A program made the position numbers and the translations under genes. 64,000 nucleotides of DNA from Longimicrobiales bacterium (GTDB taxonomy: Bacteria; Gemmatimonadota; Gemmatimonadetes; Longimicrobiales; RSA9): contig DASUSS010000093.1 of assembly GCA_036374995.1 (NCBI GenBank), positions 45,945-109,944 on the forward strand. The letters are read 5' to 3'. The notes beneath the pieces are model-generated. The model saw only the letters and a program-made list of their open reading frames with translations. It did not search any database and was not told the origin of the DNA. Shown one piece after another: positions 33,569 to 43,529 of this stretch. How positions within the stretch are numbered: the first letter of the stretch is position 1; each line of letters begins with the position of its first letter.

Positions 33569-34345
33569 TTAAGGCTGATGGTGCGTGTCGGAAGCGGCGC
33601 CCCGATCGGGGGTACCCCTGCCCTCGACGGAGCCGGTGGCCGGCACCGGGCCGTGTCTGGGTACACCACCGCCCGCGCCAAGTGCCGCCGCGCCGCCGGT
33701 CCGCTCCATGTCCCACGCGAGGTTGAGCACGTTCGCGGTGCCCTCCTCCATGTCCATGATGAGCTTGTCGATCCGGGTCACGAAGAAGTTGTAGGCGACG
33801 TTGACGGGGATGGCGATCGTGAGACCGGCGGCCGTGGTGATGAGGGCGACCTTGATGCCGCTGGCGACCAGGGACGCCTCGACCTGGCCCGCCTCGGCGA
33901 TCGCGCCGAAGGCGGAGATCATGCCGGCCACGGTCCCGAGGAAGCCGAGCAGCGGCGCGACGTTCGAGATGGTGGCGAGCACGGCCAGGCCGCGCTCGAG
34001 GAAGCCCAGCTCGATCACGCCGGTCGTCTGGATCGCCTTCTCGATGTCGCCGCCCGTCTGCCGCTCGCGGATGCGCCGCAGACCCGCGTAGAGAATGGCC
34101 GCGACGGGTCCGGGCGTATCGGCGGCGACGCGGATCGCCTGGTCGATCCGGCCGGCGCGCGCGAGGGACTCGACCTCTTCGAGCACTTCCCGGGAGCGGC
34201 GGCGCGCCGCCCAGAGCGTGTAACCCTTGGCGATGATGACGCCGAGCGCGAACAGCGAGCAGAGGACGAGCGGATACATCCACCCTCCCCCGTCGTGGAA
34301 CAGCGTCAGCAGCGTATAGGTTACGCCAGTGTCGGTACCTTCCAA
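33569..34345 (-). CDS. exbB: MotA/TolQ/ExbB proton-channel protein
   Basis: GGGWMYPLVLCSLFALGVII, LATISNVAPLLGFLGTVAGMI and ALITTAAGLTIAIP are ExbB blocks. The start codon is TTG at 34345. Confidence 0.85.
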   Translation of the reverse strand: MEGTDTGVTYTLLTLFHDGGGWMYPLVLCSLFALGVIIAKGYTLWAARRRSREVLEEVESLARAGRIDQAIRVAADTPGPVAAILYAGLRRIRERQTGGDIEKAIQTTGVIELGFLERGLAVLATISNVAPLLGFLGTVAGMISAFGAIAEAGQVEASLVASGIKVALITTAAGLTIAIPVNVAYNFFVTRIDKLIMDMEEGTANVLNLAWDMERTGGAAALGAGGGVPRHGPVPATGSVEGRGTPDRGAASDTHHQP

Positions 34346-34403
34346 GGGAAAACTCCGGGCAGCTGGGAACGGTCAGCGGGACAATGTACCGGGAATCCGC
34401 GAA

Positions 34404-34432
34404 AATGTATTCCGCCTCCCCGGGAGTGTCAA
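34404..34432 (-). promoter_or_regulatory. putative sigma-70-type promoter for exbB-exbD-exbD-tonB
   Basis: The minus strand reads TTGACA, then a 17-nt spacer (ctcccggggaggcggaa), then TACATT. It lies about 60 nt upstream of the exbB start in the 97-nt gap after cdaA. Confidence 0.35.
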
Positions 34433-34442
34433 CGTCGCAGCT

Positions 34443-35246
34443 TCACCGTCCTTCGCCGCCCGTCAGCGTGTCGACGGCGGCGCCGGCGAGGGCATCGCGG
34501 ACGGTGTCGAGTCCCACGTTGCGCGAGAGGCTCCCGCGGTAGGCGAGCGAGATCTGCGACGTCTCCTCGCTGACCACGACGACGAGCGCGTCGGTCTCCT
34601 CGGAGAGACCCAGCGCGGCGCGGTGACGGGTGCCGAGGCTCTTGTCGGCCACCGGGAACTGCGTGAGCGGCAGGATCACGCCGGCCGCGATGATCGTGTC
34701 GCCCTCGATGAGCACGGCGCCATCGTGCAGCGGGCCGTATGGCGCGAACAGGCTGACGATGAGATCGGCGCCGACGCGGGCGTGGATGCGCGTGCCGGTC
34801 TCTGCATATTCTTCCAGTCCGACGTCGCGCTCGATGGCGATGATGGCGCCGATCTTCGCGCGGGTCAGCCGCTCCACGGCCTCCACCAGCTCCTCCACGA
34901 CCTCGCGCTCTTCCAGGCGGTTGAAGAAGCGGATCATGCGGCTCTGTCCGAGGCGGGCGAGCGCGGCGCGGAGCTCGGGGTGGAACACGATGATGGCGGC
35001 GATGACGCCGTAGTCGAACAGCTGCTCGAGGATGGCGACGATCAGCTCGAGGTTGAGCAGCTCGCCGATGAAAAAGGTCACGGCGAGCACGAGCAGGCCG
35101 ACGAGCATCTGGATCGCGCGGGTACGCGCGAGGAAGCGCAGGACGTAGTAGAACGCGCCCGCGACGATGAGGATCTGGAGCAGATCCAGGGGTCCGGGCA
35201 GAAACGAGAAGATCGCGCCCATCAGTGCGCGATCCTGCTGCGGCAA
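34443..35246 (-). CDS. cdaA: diadenylate cyclase CdaA (membrane-anchored DAC domain)
   Basis: N-terminal TM helices (ILIVAGAFYYVLRFL, MLVGLLVLAVTFFIG). DAC blocks GAIIAIERD, PLHDGAVLI, GTRHRAALGLSEETDALVVVVSEETSQIS. An alternative ATG at 35222 overlaps the folP stop by 1 nt. Confidence 0.85.
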   Translation of the reverse strand: MPQQDRALMGAIFSFLPGPLDLLQILIVAGAFYYVLRFLARTRAIQMLVGLLVLAVTFFIGELLNLELIVAILEQLFDYGVIAAIIVFHPELRAALARLGQSRMIRFFNRLEEREVVEELVEAVERLTRAKIGAIIAIERDVGLEEYAETGTRIHARVGADLIVSLFAPYGPLHDGAVLIEGDTIIAAGVILPLTQFPVADKSLGTRHRAALGLSEETDALVVVVSEETSQISLAYRGSLSRNVGLDTVRDALAGAAVDTLTGGEGR

Positions 35247-36109
35247 GCGGCATCGGCGAAGTCGAGCGCGCGGCGGGCCGGCGCGACGTCGTGCACGCGG
35301 AACAGACGCGCGCCGTGGAGCAGTGCGATGACGCAGGCGGCGAGGGTCCCCTCGAGCCGCGCCTCCGGCGGAAGCGCGCCACCGGCCGCCTCGCCGATGA
35401 ATCGCTTCCGTGAGGGCCCGACGAGCACGGGGTGGCCGAGCGCGCCCACGCGCTCGAGTGCCATGAGGAGCGCGAGCGAGTGCTCCGTTCGCTTCGCGAA
35501 GCCGAGTCCCGGGTCGAGCACGATGGCGTCCTCGGCGATGCCCGCGGCGTGCGCCCGGTCCACGGCGGTGGTCAGCTCGCGCACCACATCGGCGACCGGA
35601 TCGGGGCCGTACTCGGCCAGCTCGTAGCGCGCCATGCGGTCCACGGCACCGCGGGAGTGCATGAGGATCACGCCCGCCCCCGCATGCGCGGCCTCGGCGG
35701 CGAGCTTCGCGTCCAGCCGGAGGCCGGAGACATCATTGATGATCGCCGCACCGGCCTCGAGCGCTGCGCGCGCGACGGGCGCCTTCACGGTGTCGACGGA
35801 GATCGGGAGCTCGGGCCACGCATGGCGCACGGCTTCGATCACCGGCACGACCCGCGCGATCTCTGCCGCCACGTCCACGGGCGAGGCGCCCGGGCGCGTC
35901 GACTCGCCGCCAATGTCGATCACGTCCGCGCCGTCCTCGACCAGCCTCGCGGAGTGGCGAACGGCGGCCTCCACGGTAGCGTGCAGGCCGCCGTCCCAGA
36001 AGGAATCCGGCGTCACGTTGAGAATGCCGAGTATGACCGGCCGATCCAGAGACAGCACGCCGCCCGCAGTCCGCCAGTGGAGCCGCACGGCGGCGGGCGC
36101 GATCGGCAT
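35222..36109 (-). CDS. folP: dihydropteroate synthase
   Basis: ILGILNVTPDSFWDGG, DIGGESTRPGA and the pterin-binding fold. The start overlaps the ftsH stop by 1 nt. Confidence 0.9.
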   Translation of the reverse strand: MPIAPAAVRLHWRTAGGVLSLDRPVILGILNVTPDSFWDGGLHATVEAAVRHSARLVEDGADVIDIGGESTRPGASPVDVAAEIARVVPVIEAVRHAWPELPISVDTVKAPVARAALEAGAAIINDVSGLRLDAKLAAEAAHAGAGVILMHSRGAVDRMARYELAEYGPDPVADVVRELTTAVDRAHAAGIAEDAIVLDPGLGFAKRTEHSLALLMALERVGALGHPVLVGPSRKRFIGEAAGGALPPEARLEGTLAACVIALLHGARLFRVHDVAPARRALDFADAACRSRIAH

Positions 36110-38127
36110 CAGCGGCGGCTGTCCGGATCGGAGTCCGCGGCGACCGCGACACCGTCGGCGGAATCCCGCTCCGCAGTCTCGGGCGCGGCGAGCGAGCCCT
36201 TCTCGCGGCGCAGCGCATCGGCGAACTCGCGAGCCTGTCGCACGATCTTCGCCTCGGGCAGCTGCGCGCCGGACGCGAGCAGATCGATGTCCTCGCGGTC
36301 GAGCGTCTCGCGCTCGAGCAGCGCCTCGGCAATGTCCTCGAGCAGCTTGCGGTTCTCCCCCAGCACCTTCATCGCACTGACGTAGGCCTCGTCGAGCAGC
36401 CGCTTCACTTCGCCATCGACGCGTTCGGCGACGTTCTCCGAGACCACCCGCCGCTGACCGATCTCGCGGCCGAGGAACACCTCGTGCTCCGCATCACCGA
36501 CGGCCATCGGGCCGATCGTCTCGCTCATCCCGAACTGCGTGACCATCCGGCGCGCGAGCGCCGTCGCGCGCTCGATGTCGTTGCCCGCACCCGTCGTGAT
36601 CTTCTCCGGGCCGAACGTCATCTCCTCGGCCGCGCGACCGCCGTACAACATCGCCAGACTCGCGATCAGATAGTCACGCGAGTAGGAGTGACGGTCCTCC
36701 TCCGGCAGCGACGCGGTCACGCCGAGCGCACGGCCGCGCGGCACGATCGTGATCTTGTGCACCGGATCCAGACCGGGGAGGCGCAGCGCGACGACCGCGT
36801 GACCAGCCTCGTGGTACGCGGTCAGCTTCCGCTCGGAGTCCGAGAGCACCATGCTGCGCCGCTCGGCTCCCAGCATCACCTTGTCCTTCGCGTCGTCGAG
36901 GTCCTCCATGTAGACCTTGTCGTGGCCGCGCCGCGCCGCGAGCAGTGCGCCCTCGTTCACGAGGTTCGCCAGGTCGGCACCGCTCATCCCCGGCGTCGCC
37001 TTCGCGAGCGCGCGCACGTCCACATCGGTGCCGAGCGGGATCCGGCGCAGATGCACGCGCAGGATGCCTTCCCTGCCCTTCACGTCCGGGGCGTCCACGA
37101 CGACCTGGCGGTCGAAGCGGCCCGGCCGGAGCAGCGCGGGGTCGAGCACGTCCGGCCGGTTCGTGGCGGCCAGCAGGATGACGCCGTCGTTCGACTCGAA
37201 GCCGTCCATCTCGACGAGCAGCTGGTTCAGCGTCTGCTCGCGCTCGTCGTGTCCGCCGCCCAGGCCGGCGCCGCGGTGACGACCGACGGCATCGATCTCG
37301 TCGATGAAGATGATGCACGGCGCATGCTGCTTGCCCTGCTCGAACAGGTCGCGCACGCGCGATGCACCGACACCGACGAACATCTCCACGAAGTCCGAGC
37401 CGGACATCGAGAAGAACGGCCGCCCCGCCTCGCCGGCGACGGCGCGTGCGAGCAGCGTCTTGCCGGTTCCCGGCGGGCCGACGAGCAGCACGCCCTTCGG
37501 CAGACGGCCGCCGAGTCGGCTGAACTTCTGCGGGTCCTTCAGGAACTCGATGATCTCCTGGAGCTCGTCCTTCGCTTCGTCGGCGCCGGCGACGTCGGCG
37601 AACGTCACCTTGGGCGTGTCGCCGGCGAGCAGTCGGGCCTTCGACTTCCCGAACTGGAACGCCTTCGAGCCGCCCGCCTGCATGCCGCGCAGCATGAAGA
37701 TCCAGAGCGCGATGATGAGCAGCCACGGCAGCGCCTGGAGGATCAGGATCCACCAGTTCTGCCGCGGCTCCGCACCGCGGATCGGCACGCCGCTGTCCTG
37801 GAGCCGCGCCAGGATCTCTTCGCTGTCGCGGATCGGGAGCAGCGTCCAGAACTCGGTTATCTGGCGCTGATCGACCGTGATCGGCTGGCGCAGTGTGCCT
37901 TCCAGCCGCTTGCCGTCGATCACCGTCAGTGAGTCGATGTTGCCGGCTTCGAGCTGTCGCACGAACTCCGGCAGATACGTCAGCTCCGCCGACTGCTGCC
38001 GGTTCGGGCTGAACACCTGCGTGATCAGGAGCGCGGTCATGATGACCAGGATCCAGAAGGAGGCGGTTCGGCTGAACCGTCCCCATCTGTTCGTCTTCGG
38101 CTCCTTCTCGCTATTGCGATCCTGCAT
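36109..38127 (-). CDS. ftsH: ATP-dependent zinc metalloprotease FtsH
   Basis: [22 protein letters not shown] (Walker A), [12 protein letters not shown] region [20 protein letters not shown], and protease HEAGHAV. Start at ATG 38127 (MQDRNSEK). Confidence 0.95.
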   Translation of the reverse strand: MQDRNSEKEPKTNRWGRFSRTASFWILVIMTALLITQVFSPNRQQSAELTYLPEFVRQLEAGNIDSLTVIDGKRLEGTLRQPITVDQRQITEFWTLLPIRDSEEILARLQDSGVPIRGAEPRQNWWILILQALPWLLIIALWIFMLRGMQAGGSKAFQFGKSKARLLAGDTPKVTFADVAGADEAKDELQEIIEFLKDPQKFSRLGGRLPKGVLLVGPPGTGKTLLARAVAGEAGRPFFSMSGSDFVEMFVGVGASRVRDLFEQGKQHAPCIIFIDEIDAVGRHRGAGLGGGHDEREQTLNQLLVEMDGFESNDGVILLAATNRPDVLDPALLRPGRFDRQVVVDAPDVKGREGILRVHLRRIPLGTDVDVRALAKATPGMSGADLANLVNEGALLAARRGHDKVYMEDLDDAKDKVMLGAERRSMVLSDSERKLTAYHEAGHAVVALRLPGLDPVHKITIVPRGRALGVTASLPEEDRHSYSRDYLIASLAMLYGGRAAEEMTFGPEKITTGAGNDIERATALARRMVTQFGMSETIGPMAVGDAEHEVFLGREIGQRRVVSENVAERVDGEVKRLLDEAYVSAMKVLGENRKLLEDIAEALLERETLDREDIDLLASGAQLPEAKIVRQAREFADALRREKGSLAAPETAERDSADGVAVAADSDPDSRR

Positions 38128-38153
38128 TCCTCGTCCTCGCGCCCTCGCCGCCG

Positions 38154-38708
38154 TCAGAGGCTGGCGATGAAAGGCAGATTCCTGTAGTTCTCGCTGTGAT
38201 CGAGGCCGTAGCCGATGAGAAACTCCTGCGGTGCCTCGAACCCGACCCAGCGCGCATCCCTGACGAGCCCCGGCGCGATGCGCTTGTGCAGCAGGGCGCA
38301 TAGCTCCAGGCTCTTCGGCCCGCGCTTCTCCAGCAGCGGAACCAGCCGGTTGAGTGTATTGCCGCTGTCGATGATGTCCTCGACGAGCAGCACGTGACGA
38401 CCTTCCAGACTCGCCTCGGGATCATACACCAGACGCACGTCTCCGGTGCTCACGGTGCCCGTGCCATAGCTGGCGGCGACCAGGAAATCCACATGGACGG
38501 GCCGGGCGATCTCCCGGACGAGGTCGGCCACGAAGATGAACGATCCCTTCAGCAGTCCGACCACGAGCAGGTCCTCGCCGGCGGGATAGTAGCTCCCGAT
38601 CTCGCGGCCCATTTCGCCGACCCGCCGACCGATCTCGTCCTGTGTGTAGACGATGCGCCGGATCGTCTGGCCGCCGGTCCGCTCGTGGACGTCACTCGGT
38701 ATCGCCAT
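38154..38708 (-). CDS. hpt: hypoxanthine phosphoribosyltransferase
   Basis: 184 aa. PRPP loop [14 protein letters not shown], and FVADLVRE plus GYGLD blocks. Confidence 0.9.
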   Translation of the reverse strand: MAIPSDVHERTGGQTIRRIVYTQDEIGRRVGEMGREIGSYYPAGEDLLVVGLLKGSFIFVADLVREIARPVHVDFLVAASYGTGTVSTGDVRLVYDPEASLEGRHVLLVEDIIDSGNTLNRLVPLLEKRGPKSLELCALLHKRIAPGLVRDARWVGFEAPQEFLIGYGLDHSENYRNLPFIASL

Positions 38709-40050
38709 CGCTCACCGTGATCTCCAGAACCGGGCGACCGGCGGCCGGCCGGGCCTCGATGGAGCGGGCCACGCCGGCCACCCAGAGGACCGACCCCGCG
38801 TCATCGCACAGGACGGGTACGCGGGCGCGCGCGCGGCGCGCGATGCGTCGTTCCCGGAACAGATTCTTCAGCTTCTTGCTGCCGTACGGCAGCCGGATCC
38901 GATCACCGGCACGCCAGGCCCGCAGCTCGAGAGGGAACCGCAGTGTGGAGGGATCGAAACGCGCGGCATGGCCGGCGCCGGCCTGGTCCCCGGCCGGTGC
39001 CCAGTGTGCCGCATACTTCTGCCCACCTGCCACGAAGGTGCCGATCCCCGGCCCCGCATCGGCGATCCGGAGTGCGGTGTCCGCGTCCCGTGGCTCGACC
39101 GGCGACACCCGCAGGGTGAGCCGGTCGAACTCGCGTTCCAGCCGAATGGCGCCGGTCAGTTCCACAACACCGCCGCTCGCGCCAGAATTGATAAACGACA
39201 GCGCGAAGCGGGTTCCGGCGCGGTCCGGCCGGCTGCCGAGCCGGTCGAGCAGATGGCGTATCACGCGCGCGCGAACGTGCGGATCATACGAGAGCAACCG
39301 CTCTCTGGCAAGCACGAAACCCGCGGTATCCTCGCTCGCGACAACATCATTGACGGCGGCGGCGACGATGCCGCCCCACGCCCGCTCCGCCTCGGCCGCG
39401 GCGCGCGCGAGCCGCGCGATCCGCCGGGTCGCACCCCGGTGCACGCGCTCCAGCTCGGGCAGCACGCGGTGCCGGATGCGGTTGCGCACGTATCTCAGGT
39501 CGCGGTTGGTCGGGTCCTCGCGCCAGCGCAGCCGGCGAGCCGTCGCGTACGCCTCGAGCTCCGCCCGCGTGAACGGCAGCAGCGGCCGGACGATGTTGCC
39601 GCGGCGGGCGGGGATTCCGGCGAGTCCCGGCAGTCCGGTGCCGCGCGCGAGCCGGAGCAGGATCGTCTCAGCCTGGTCGTCGGCGTGATGCGCCGTGACG
39701 ACCGCATCCGCGCCGAGGACGTCTGCCGCGGCGAGCAGGAACTCGTAGCGCAGCTCGCGCGCGGCAGCCTCGGAGCCCGGAGCATCCTCGGCGCGCGCAC
39801 TCTGGAGCGGGATGTCCCAGGCGCGGCACAGGCCGCGGACCCAGAGAGCATCGGCTCCGCTCGCTGCACGCATCGCGTGATCGAAGTGTGCGGCGACGAC
39901 CTCACATTCGGTGTCGAAGCGGAGCAGATGGAGCAGCACGATCGAGTCGACACCGCCGGACACCGCGACGAGGACGCGGCTCCGCTCGCCGACGAGGCGC
40001 ACGACGTGAGCACGTATGCGCTGCCGCAGAGAGCCCTGTACGCCGGCCAT
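38692..40050 (-). CDS. tilS: tRNA(Ile)-lysidine synthase
   Basis: PP-loop VLVAVSGGVDSIVLLHLL. Conserved tilS-hpt-ftsH order. Start at ATG 40050 (MAGVQGSL). Confidence 0.85.
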   Translation of the reverse strand: MAGVQGSLRQRIRAHVVRLVGERSRVLVAVSGGVDSIVLLHLLRFDTECEVVAAHFDHAMRAASGADALWVRGLCRAWDIPLQSARAEDAPGSEAAARELRYEFLLAAADVLGADAVVTAHHADDQAETILLRLARGTGLPGLAGIPARRGNIVRPLLPFTRAELEAYATARRLRWREDPTNRDLRYVRNRIRHRVLPELERVHRGATRRIARLARAAAEAERAWGGIVAAAVNDVVASEDTAGFVLARERLLSYDPHVRARVIRHLLDRLGSRPDRAGTRFALSFINSGASGGVVELTGAIRLEREFDRLTLRVSPVEPRDADTALRIADAGPGIGTFVAGGQKYAAHWAPAGDQAGAGHAARFDPSTLRFPLELRAWRAGDRIRLPYGSKKLKNLFRERRIARRARARVPVLCDDAGSVLWVAGVARSIEARPAAGRPVLEITVSDGDTE

Positions 40051-40874
40051 CAGTCGTGCTCGGTATGGCCGGGCGCGAGCGGCCGCCCCACGCGCTCGTG
40101 CAGTACGCGACCCAGAATGTCCGGGCGATCGGAGAGAATGCCGGAGACGCCCCAGTCGAGCAGTCGGTGCATGTCGGCGGGATCGTTCACGGTCCACACG
40201 TGGAGCGGCACGCCGTGACGCCGGAGATCGCGCACGAAGCGCGGCGTGACCAGCCGCCGGCCCTCCCAGATCTCGGGGATCTGCACCACGTCGGCGGGCG
40301 GGCGCTTCAGCCAGCCGAGCCGCAGACGGTGCCGCAGCCAGAACGGCTTGAGCTCTTCCAGCGAGCCGCTGATCGCGCCGTCGTACGTACCGAACAGCGT
40401 ACGGTCCCGATCGTACATTCCTGCCGCGATCACACGCCCGCTCGCATTGAAGCGGCGGATCGCGGCGAACAGAGGCGTCTGCGCGGCGGCGCTCTTCACC
40501 TCCACGGTCAGGCGCGTCGCAGGAAGTGCCTCGAGCACCTCGTCGATGGTCGGCACGGTGACGCCCTGGCCGCGGAACGGAAACGTGCGGCCGCCATCCG
40601 CCGTGAAGTGGAAGCCGGCGTCGAGCGCGCGCAGCTCGGCGAGCGTCTTCGCCGCGACCGCTCCGCTGCCGTCCGTCGTCCGGTCCACTGTCGCATCGTG
40701 CATGATGACGCAGTGTCCATCGGCGGACGCACGGACATCCAGCTCGATCATGTCCGCGGCCCAGCGCCGTGCACCGTTCACAAAGGCGTTGAGGGTGTTC
40801 TCGGGTGCCAGCCCGGACCCGCCCCGATGCGCGATGAGCAGCGGCGCTCCCGCCAGCACACTGTGACGGGACAT
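40050..40874 (-). CDS. glycerophosphodiester phosphodiesterase family protein
   Basis: LIAHRGGSGLAPENTLNAF and ELDVRASADGHCVIMHD are GDPD catalytic blocks. Confidence 0.85.
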   Translation of the reverse strand: MSRHSVLAGAPLLIAHRGGSGLAPENTLNAFVNGARRWAADMIELDVRASADGHCVIMHDATVDRTTDGSGAVAAKTLAELRALDAGFHFTADGGRTFPFRGQGVTVPTIDEVLEALPATRLTVEVKSAAAQTPLFAAIRRFNASGRVIAAGMYDRDRTLFGTYDGAISGSLEELKPFWLRHRLRLGWLKRPPADVVQIPEIWEGRRLVTPRFVRDLRRHGVPLHVWTVNDPADMHRLLDWGVSGILSDRPDILGRVLHERVGRPLAPGHTEHD

Positions 40875-41407
40875 CAGTCCTCGTCGTGCCGTGACAGCGC
40901 GAAGGGATCGAAGCCGTCCACGCGCAGGCCGTGCAGCCTGTACAGCACGAGGTCGATGAGCCGCTCGGTCATCTCCCGCTCGAGCTTCTTCGCAGGATCG
41001 GTTTCCGCGAGCAGCTCCAGATAGCGGCGGGCGAGAAACAGCAGGACGTCCTCCACCACCTCCGGACGCGGAGTGGGCGGTGCCTGCGAGTCACGGTTCA
41101 CTTCCTTCAGCAGCAGCCCGTTGATGAACGCGAGGAACCCCGGGAACGCGAGCTCGACCAGCTCACTGCCGCCCGTGCGCATCTCCTCGGACGTCAGCTT
41201 CTCCCACTCGAGCTCGTTCCAGTACAGCTCCTCGGCTTCCTCGCGCAGGAAGCTGCGACGGTCTTCGCTCAGACCGGAGGGTCGCGGCGGAACCAGCGCA
41301 TGCTGAAGCAGGTGCTCGAGCCGCGCGCGCCGACGCGCGAGAAACACTTCGGGGTGCAGGCGGCGCTCACCGGATGCGTCGCGGCCGCTGTCGCTCGGGC
41401 TGGACAT
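40874..41407 (-). CDS. hypothetical protein (177 aa)
   Basis: Start at ATG 41407 (MSSPSDSG). Helical, Glu/Leu-rich. No motif recognised. 1-nt overlap with the downstream gene. Confidence 0.5.
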   Translation of the reverse strand: MSSPSDSGRDASGERRLHPEVFLARRRARLEHLLQHALVPPRPSGLSEDRRSFLREEAEELYWNELEWEKLTSEEMRTGGSELVELAFPGFLAFINGLLLKEVNRDSQAPPTPRPEVVEDVLLFLARRYLELLAETDPAKKLEREMTERLIDLVLYRLHGLRVDGFDPFALSRHDED

Positions 41408-41486
41408 GTTTCGAGCTGCGCTCTGCGTTCGCGGGTCGGGTCTCGGCTCCAGCGGCAACATACCGTCGCCGCACACCGGCGGCAAA

Positions 41487-42392
41487 CTACGCCGCCGCCC
41501 GCCCGGCGTCCGCCCGCACGTACCCCCGCAGCTCGGCGCCGTACTCCGCCACCAGCGCCGGCGGTGCCGCCGGTCGCGTTCCCTCGATCAGCTTCCGGAA
41601 CTGCTGTGCGTTCACCACCGCCTTGCCCTTGTAGTGGTTGTTGAACACGACGTCCACCGCGGTCGTCTGCGCGTTCTCAGCCGCCTGCTTCGCGCGTGCC
41701 GCCCACGGCTTCAGCTCCTTCGGATCGTAGAGATAGTCGTACCGCGCATCCCGTCCCGCATTCTTCCGGAACCAGTCGGAATAGTTGCGGCCGTGCACGC
41801 GGATGTACCCGACGGCCGAGGTCACGTGGGCGGACGGCTTGATGGACCGGCGGAACAGCGGCTGATCCAGATTGACGAAGCCGACTCCGCGCTCGCCGAG
41901 CCACGCCAGGAACTGCGGGGTGTTCCAGCTCTCGTGACGGACTTCGAGCACGAGCGGGTACGACGCGAACTCCGCGGTGACGTCCTCCAGCCACTCCAGC
42001 GTCCCCGCCCCGTACTTGAACGACCACGGGAACTGCGCAACGACCGCATCCAGACGACCGCCCTCCTGCAGGACATCGAATCCCCGCCGCACCTGGCGTA
42101 CGTCCGCCCGCGTCCATGACGACTGCCGCTCGTGCGTGAACCGGCGCCACAACTTCGCCGTGAACCGGAACGACGGCACGTCCTGCACCCGCGCGAGCCA
42201 CTTCCGCGCGACCGGTACGCGCGGCGGACCGTAGTACGAGGTGTTGATCTCGATGAGATTCAGGTAGCCGGCGAGGTAGCGCAGCGGATCGAACCCGCGC
42301 GGCCGCGGGTCCGGGTAGACGACCCCTTTCCAGTCCCTGTAATCCCAGCCTGCGACGCCGACACGGATCGGGGAGCGTGCGCGCTTCGCCAT
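41487..42392 (-). CDS. DUF72 (YecE-like) family protein
   Basis: IRVGVAGWDYRDWKGVVYP at the N-terminus and LEVRHESW later are typical DUF72 blocks. Confidence 0.8.
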   Translation of the reverse strand: MAKRARSPIRVGVAGWDYRDWKGVVYPDPRPRGFDPLRYLAGYLNLIEINTSYYGPPRVPVARKWLARVQDVPSFRFTAKLWRRFTHERQSSWTRADVRQVRRGFDVLQEGGRLDAVVAQFPWSFKYGAGTLEWLEDVTAEFASYPLVLEVRHESWNTPQFLAWLGERGVGFVNLDQPLFRRSIKPSAHVTSAVGYIRVHGRNYSDWFRKNAGRDARYDYLYDPKELKPWAARAKQAAENAQTTAVDVVFNNHYKGKAVVNAQQFRKLIEGTRPAAPPALVAEYGAELRGYVRADAGRAAA

Positions 42393-42603
42393 GGCGTGCC
42401 CATGTTGCGAGCATCGTGCCGGGCAGCTTCAGCCGCGCGACCGTCAACTCATCGCTCAGGCTCCCGAACTCGAAGTCCTCAGGCAGTTCTCCGCGATCGA
42501 GAATCCGTTGTTCGCCGGAGCCTGCGAACATTGCCCTGCCGGGCACGGGCGGACTGCGGAGGCAGTGGTCTTCGCGTGCAGACGCGGAACGCCGGACGAG
42601 CCG

Positions 42604-43440
42604 CTACAGCCTGAACTCCTGGAACAGCCGCTTCTCCTGCTCGCCTTCGATCAGCGCCTCCAGCTCGACGTACGGCTCGAGTCCGCTGCCGGCGAGCTTC
42701 TCGCGGAACAGCTGGTCGAGCTGGAACACGCCGGCGGAATTCGACATCTCGATGATCAGGCGCACCGGCTTGTCGGCTCCGCTCTCGATGTGCACGGCCT
42801 CGATGGCGGCGGCGGAGATCGAGTGGATGCTGACGGAGCCATGCGAGAACGGGATGCGGGAGCGGCCCTTCGCCATGTCGAGCGCATCGGCGATGCGGAC
42901 GATACCGGCCTCGAGCGTGAGTGGTTTGCCGCCCGACCGGTGTGCGATGATCGCGTGCAGCGTCTCGGCGATCATGATCGCGGCAGTGCGCGGATCGTAG
43001 ATGGGGCCGAACAGCTCCTGGAGTTTCGGCCGGGCGAGGAACAGCGAGAACGCCTCGTGGTCGGAGCGGTGGATGGACATGCCGATGTCGTGAAGCAGTG
43101 CAGCCGCCGCCACGATCACCTCGCCATCGCGCGGGTCCATGGCATAGTTTCGGACCACGGACGGCTCGACGCCGCCGTCGACCAGCAGGCGGTACAGCTT
43201 GACCGCGATGTTCATCACGATCTTCACGTGGACCGGCCCGTGGTCCGTCATGCCGAGCCGCTCGATCGCGTTGACGTTCGCCGCCAGCCACAGCGCGTAC
43301 AGCTCGTCATCGGCGTTGACCCGCTCGATGAAGGCGCGCAGCCGGTCGTTGCGCCGGTCCGGCACGTTCATCTCGATCCGGCGGTCGAAGCGCGCCTCCA
43401 CGCTGCGGCCGTATTCCTCCAGCTGATCCGTATCGTCCAT
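42604..43440 (-). CDS. HD-domain phosphohydrolase
   Basis: HGPVHVKIVMNIAVKL, AALLHDIGMSIHR and RIADALDM give the H...HD...D pattern. Start at ATG 43440 (MDDTDQLEEY). Confidence 0.75.
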   Translation of the reverse strand: MDDTDQLEEYGRSVEARFDRRIEMNVPDRRNDRLRAFIERVNADDELYALWLAANVNAIERLGMTDHGPVHVKIVMNIAVKLYRLLVDGGVEPSVVRNYAMDPRDGEVIVAAAALLHDIGMSIHRSDHEAFSLFLARPKLQELFGPIYDPRTAAIMIAETLHAIIAHRSGGKPLTLEAGIVRIADALDMAKGRSRIPFSHGSVSIHSISAAAIEAVHIESGADKPVRLIIEMSNSAGVFQLDQLFREKLAGSGLEPYVELEALIEGEQEKRLFQEFRL

Positions 43441-43529
43441 GCATGCACCCTCTGAGATGAGGAAAGCGCCACAGGCTGCCCCGTGGCGCTCCCCCTTCAC
43501 CACATCGACGCCGCTGCGGCGTCGTCCAT

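Noticed and set aside
42393-42546. Coding-looking 50-codon stretch (GTG 42546, ...MFAGSGEQRILDRGELPEDFEFGSLSDELTVARLKLPG...) in the gap upstream of the DUF72 gene, suggesting a frameshifted N-terminal extension or a leader peptide.
   Set aside because: There is no stop before it runs out of frame into the DUF72 gene, where its translation becomes Arg-rich noise. DUF72 already starts with its canonical N-terminus at 42392. Third-position bias is weaker than in real genes here. It could be rechecked with homologue alignments.
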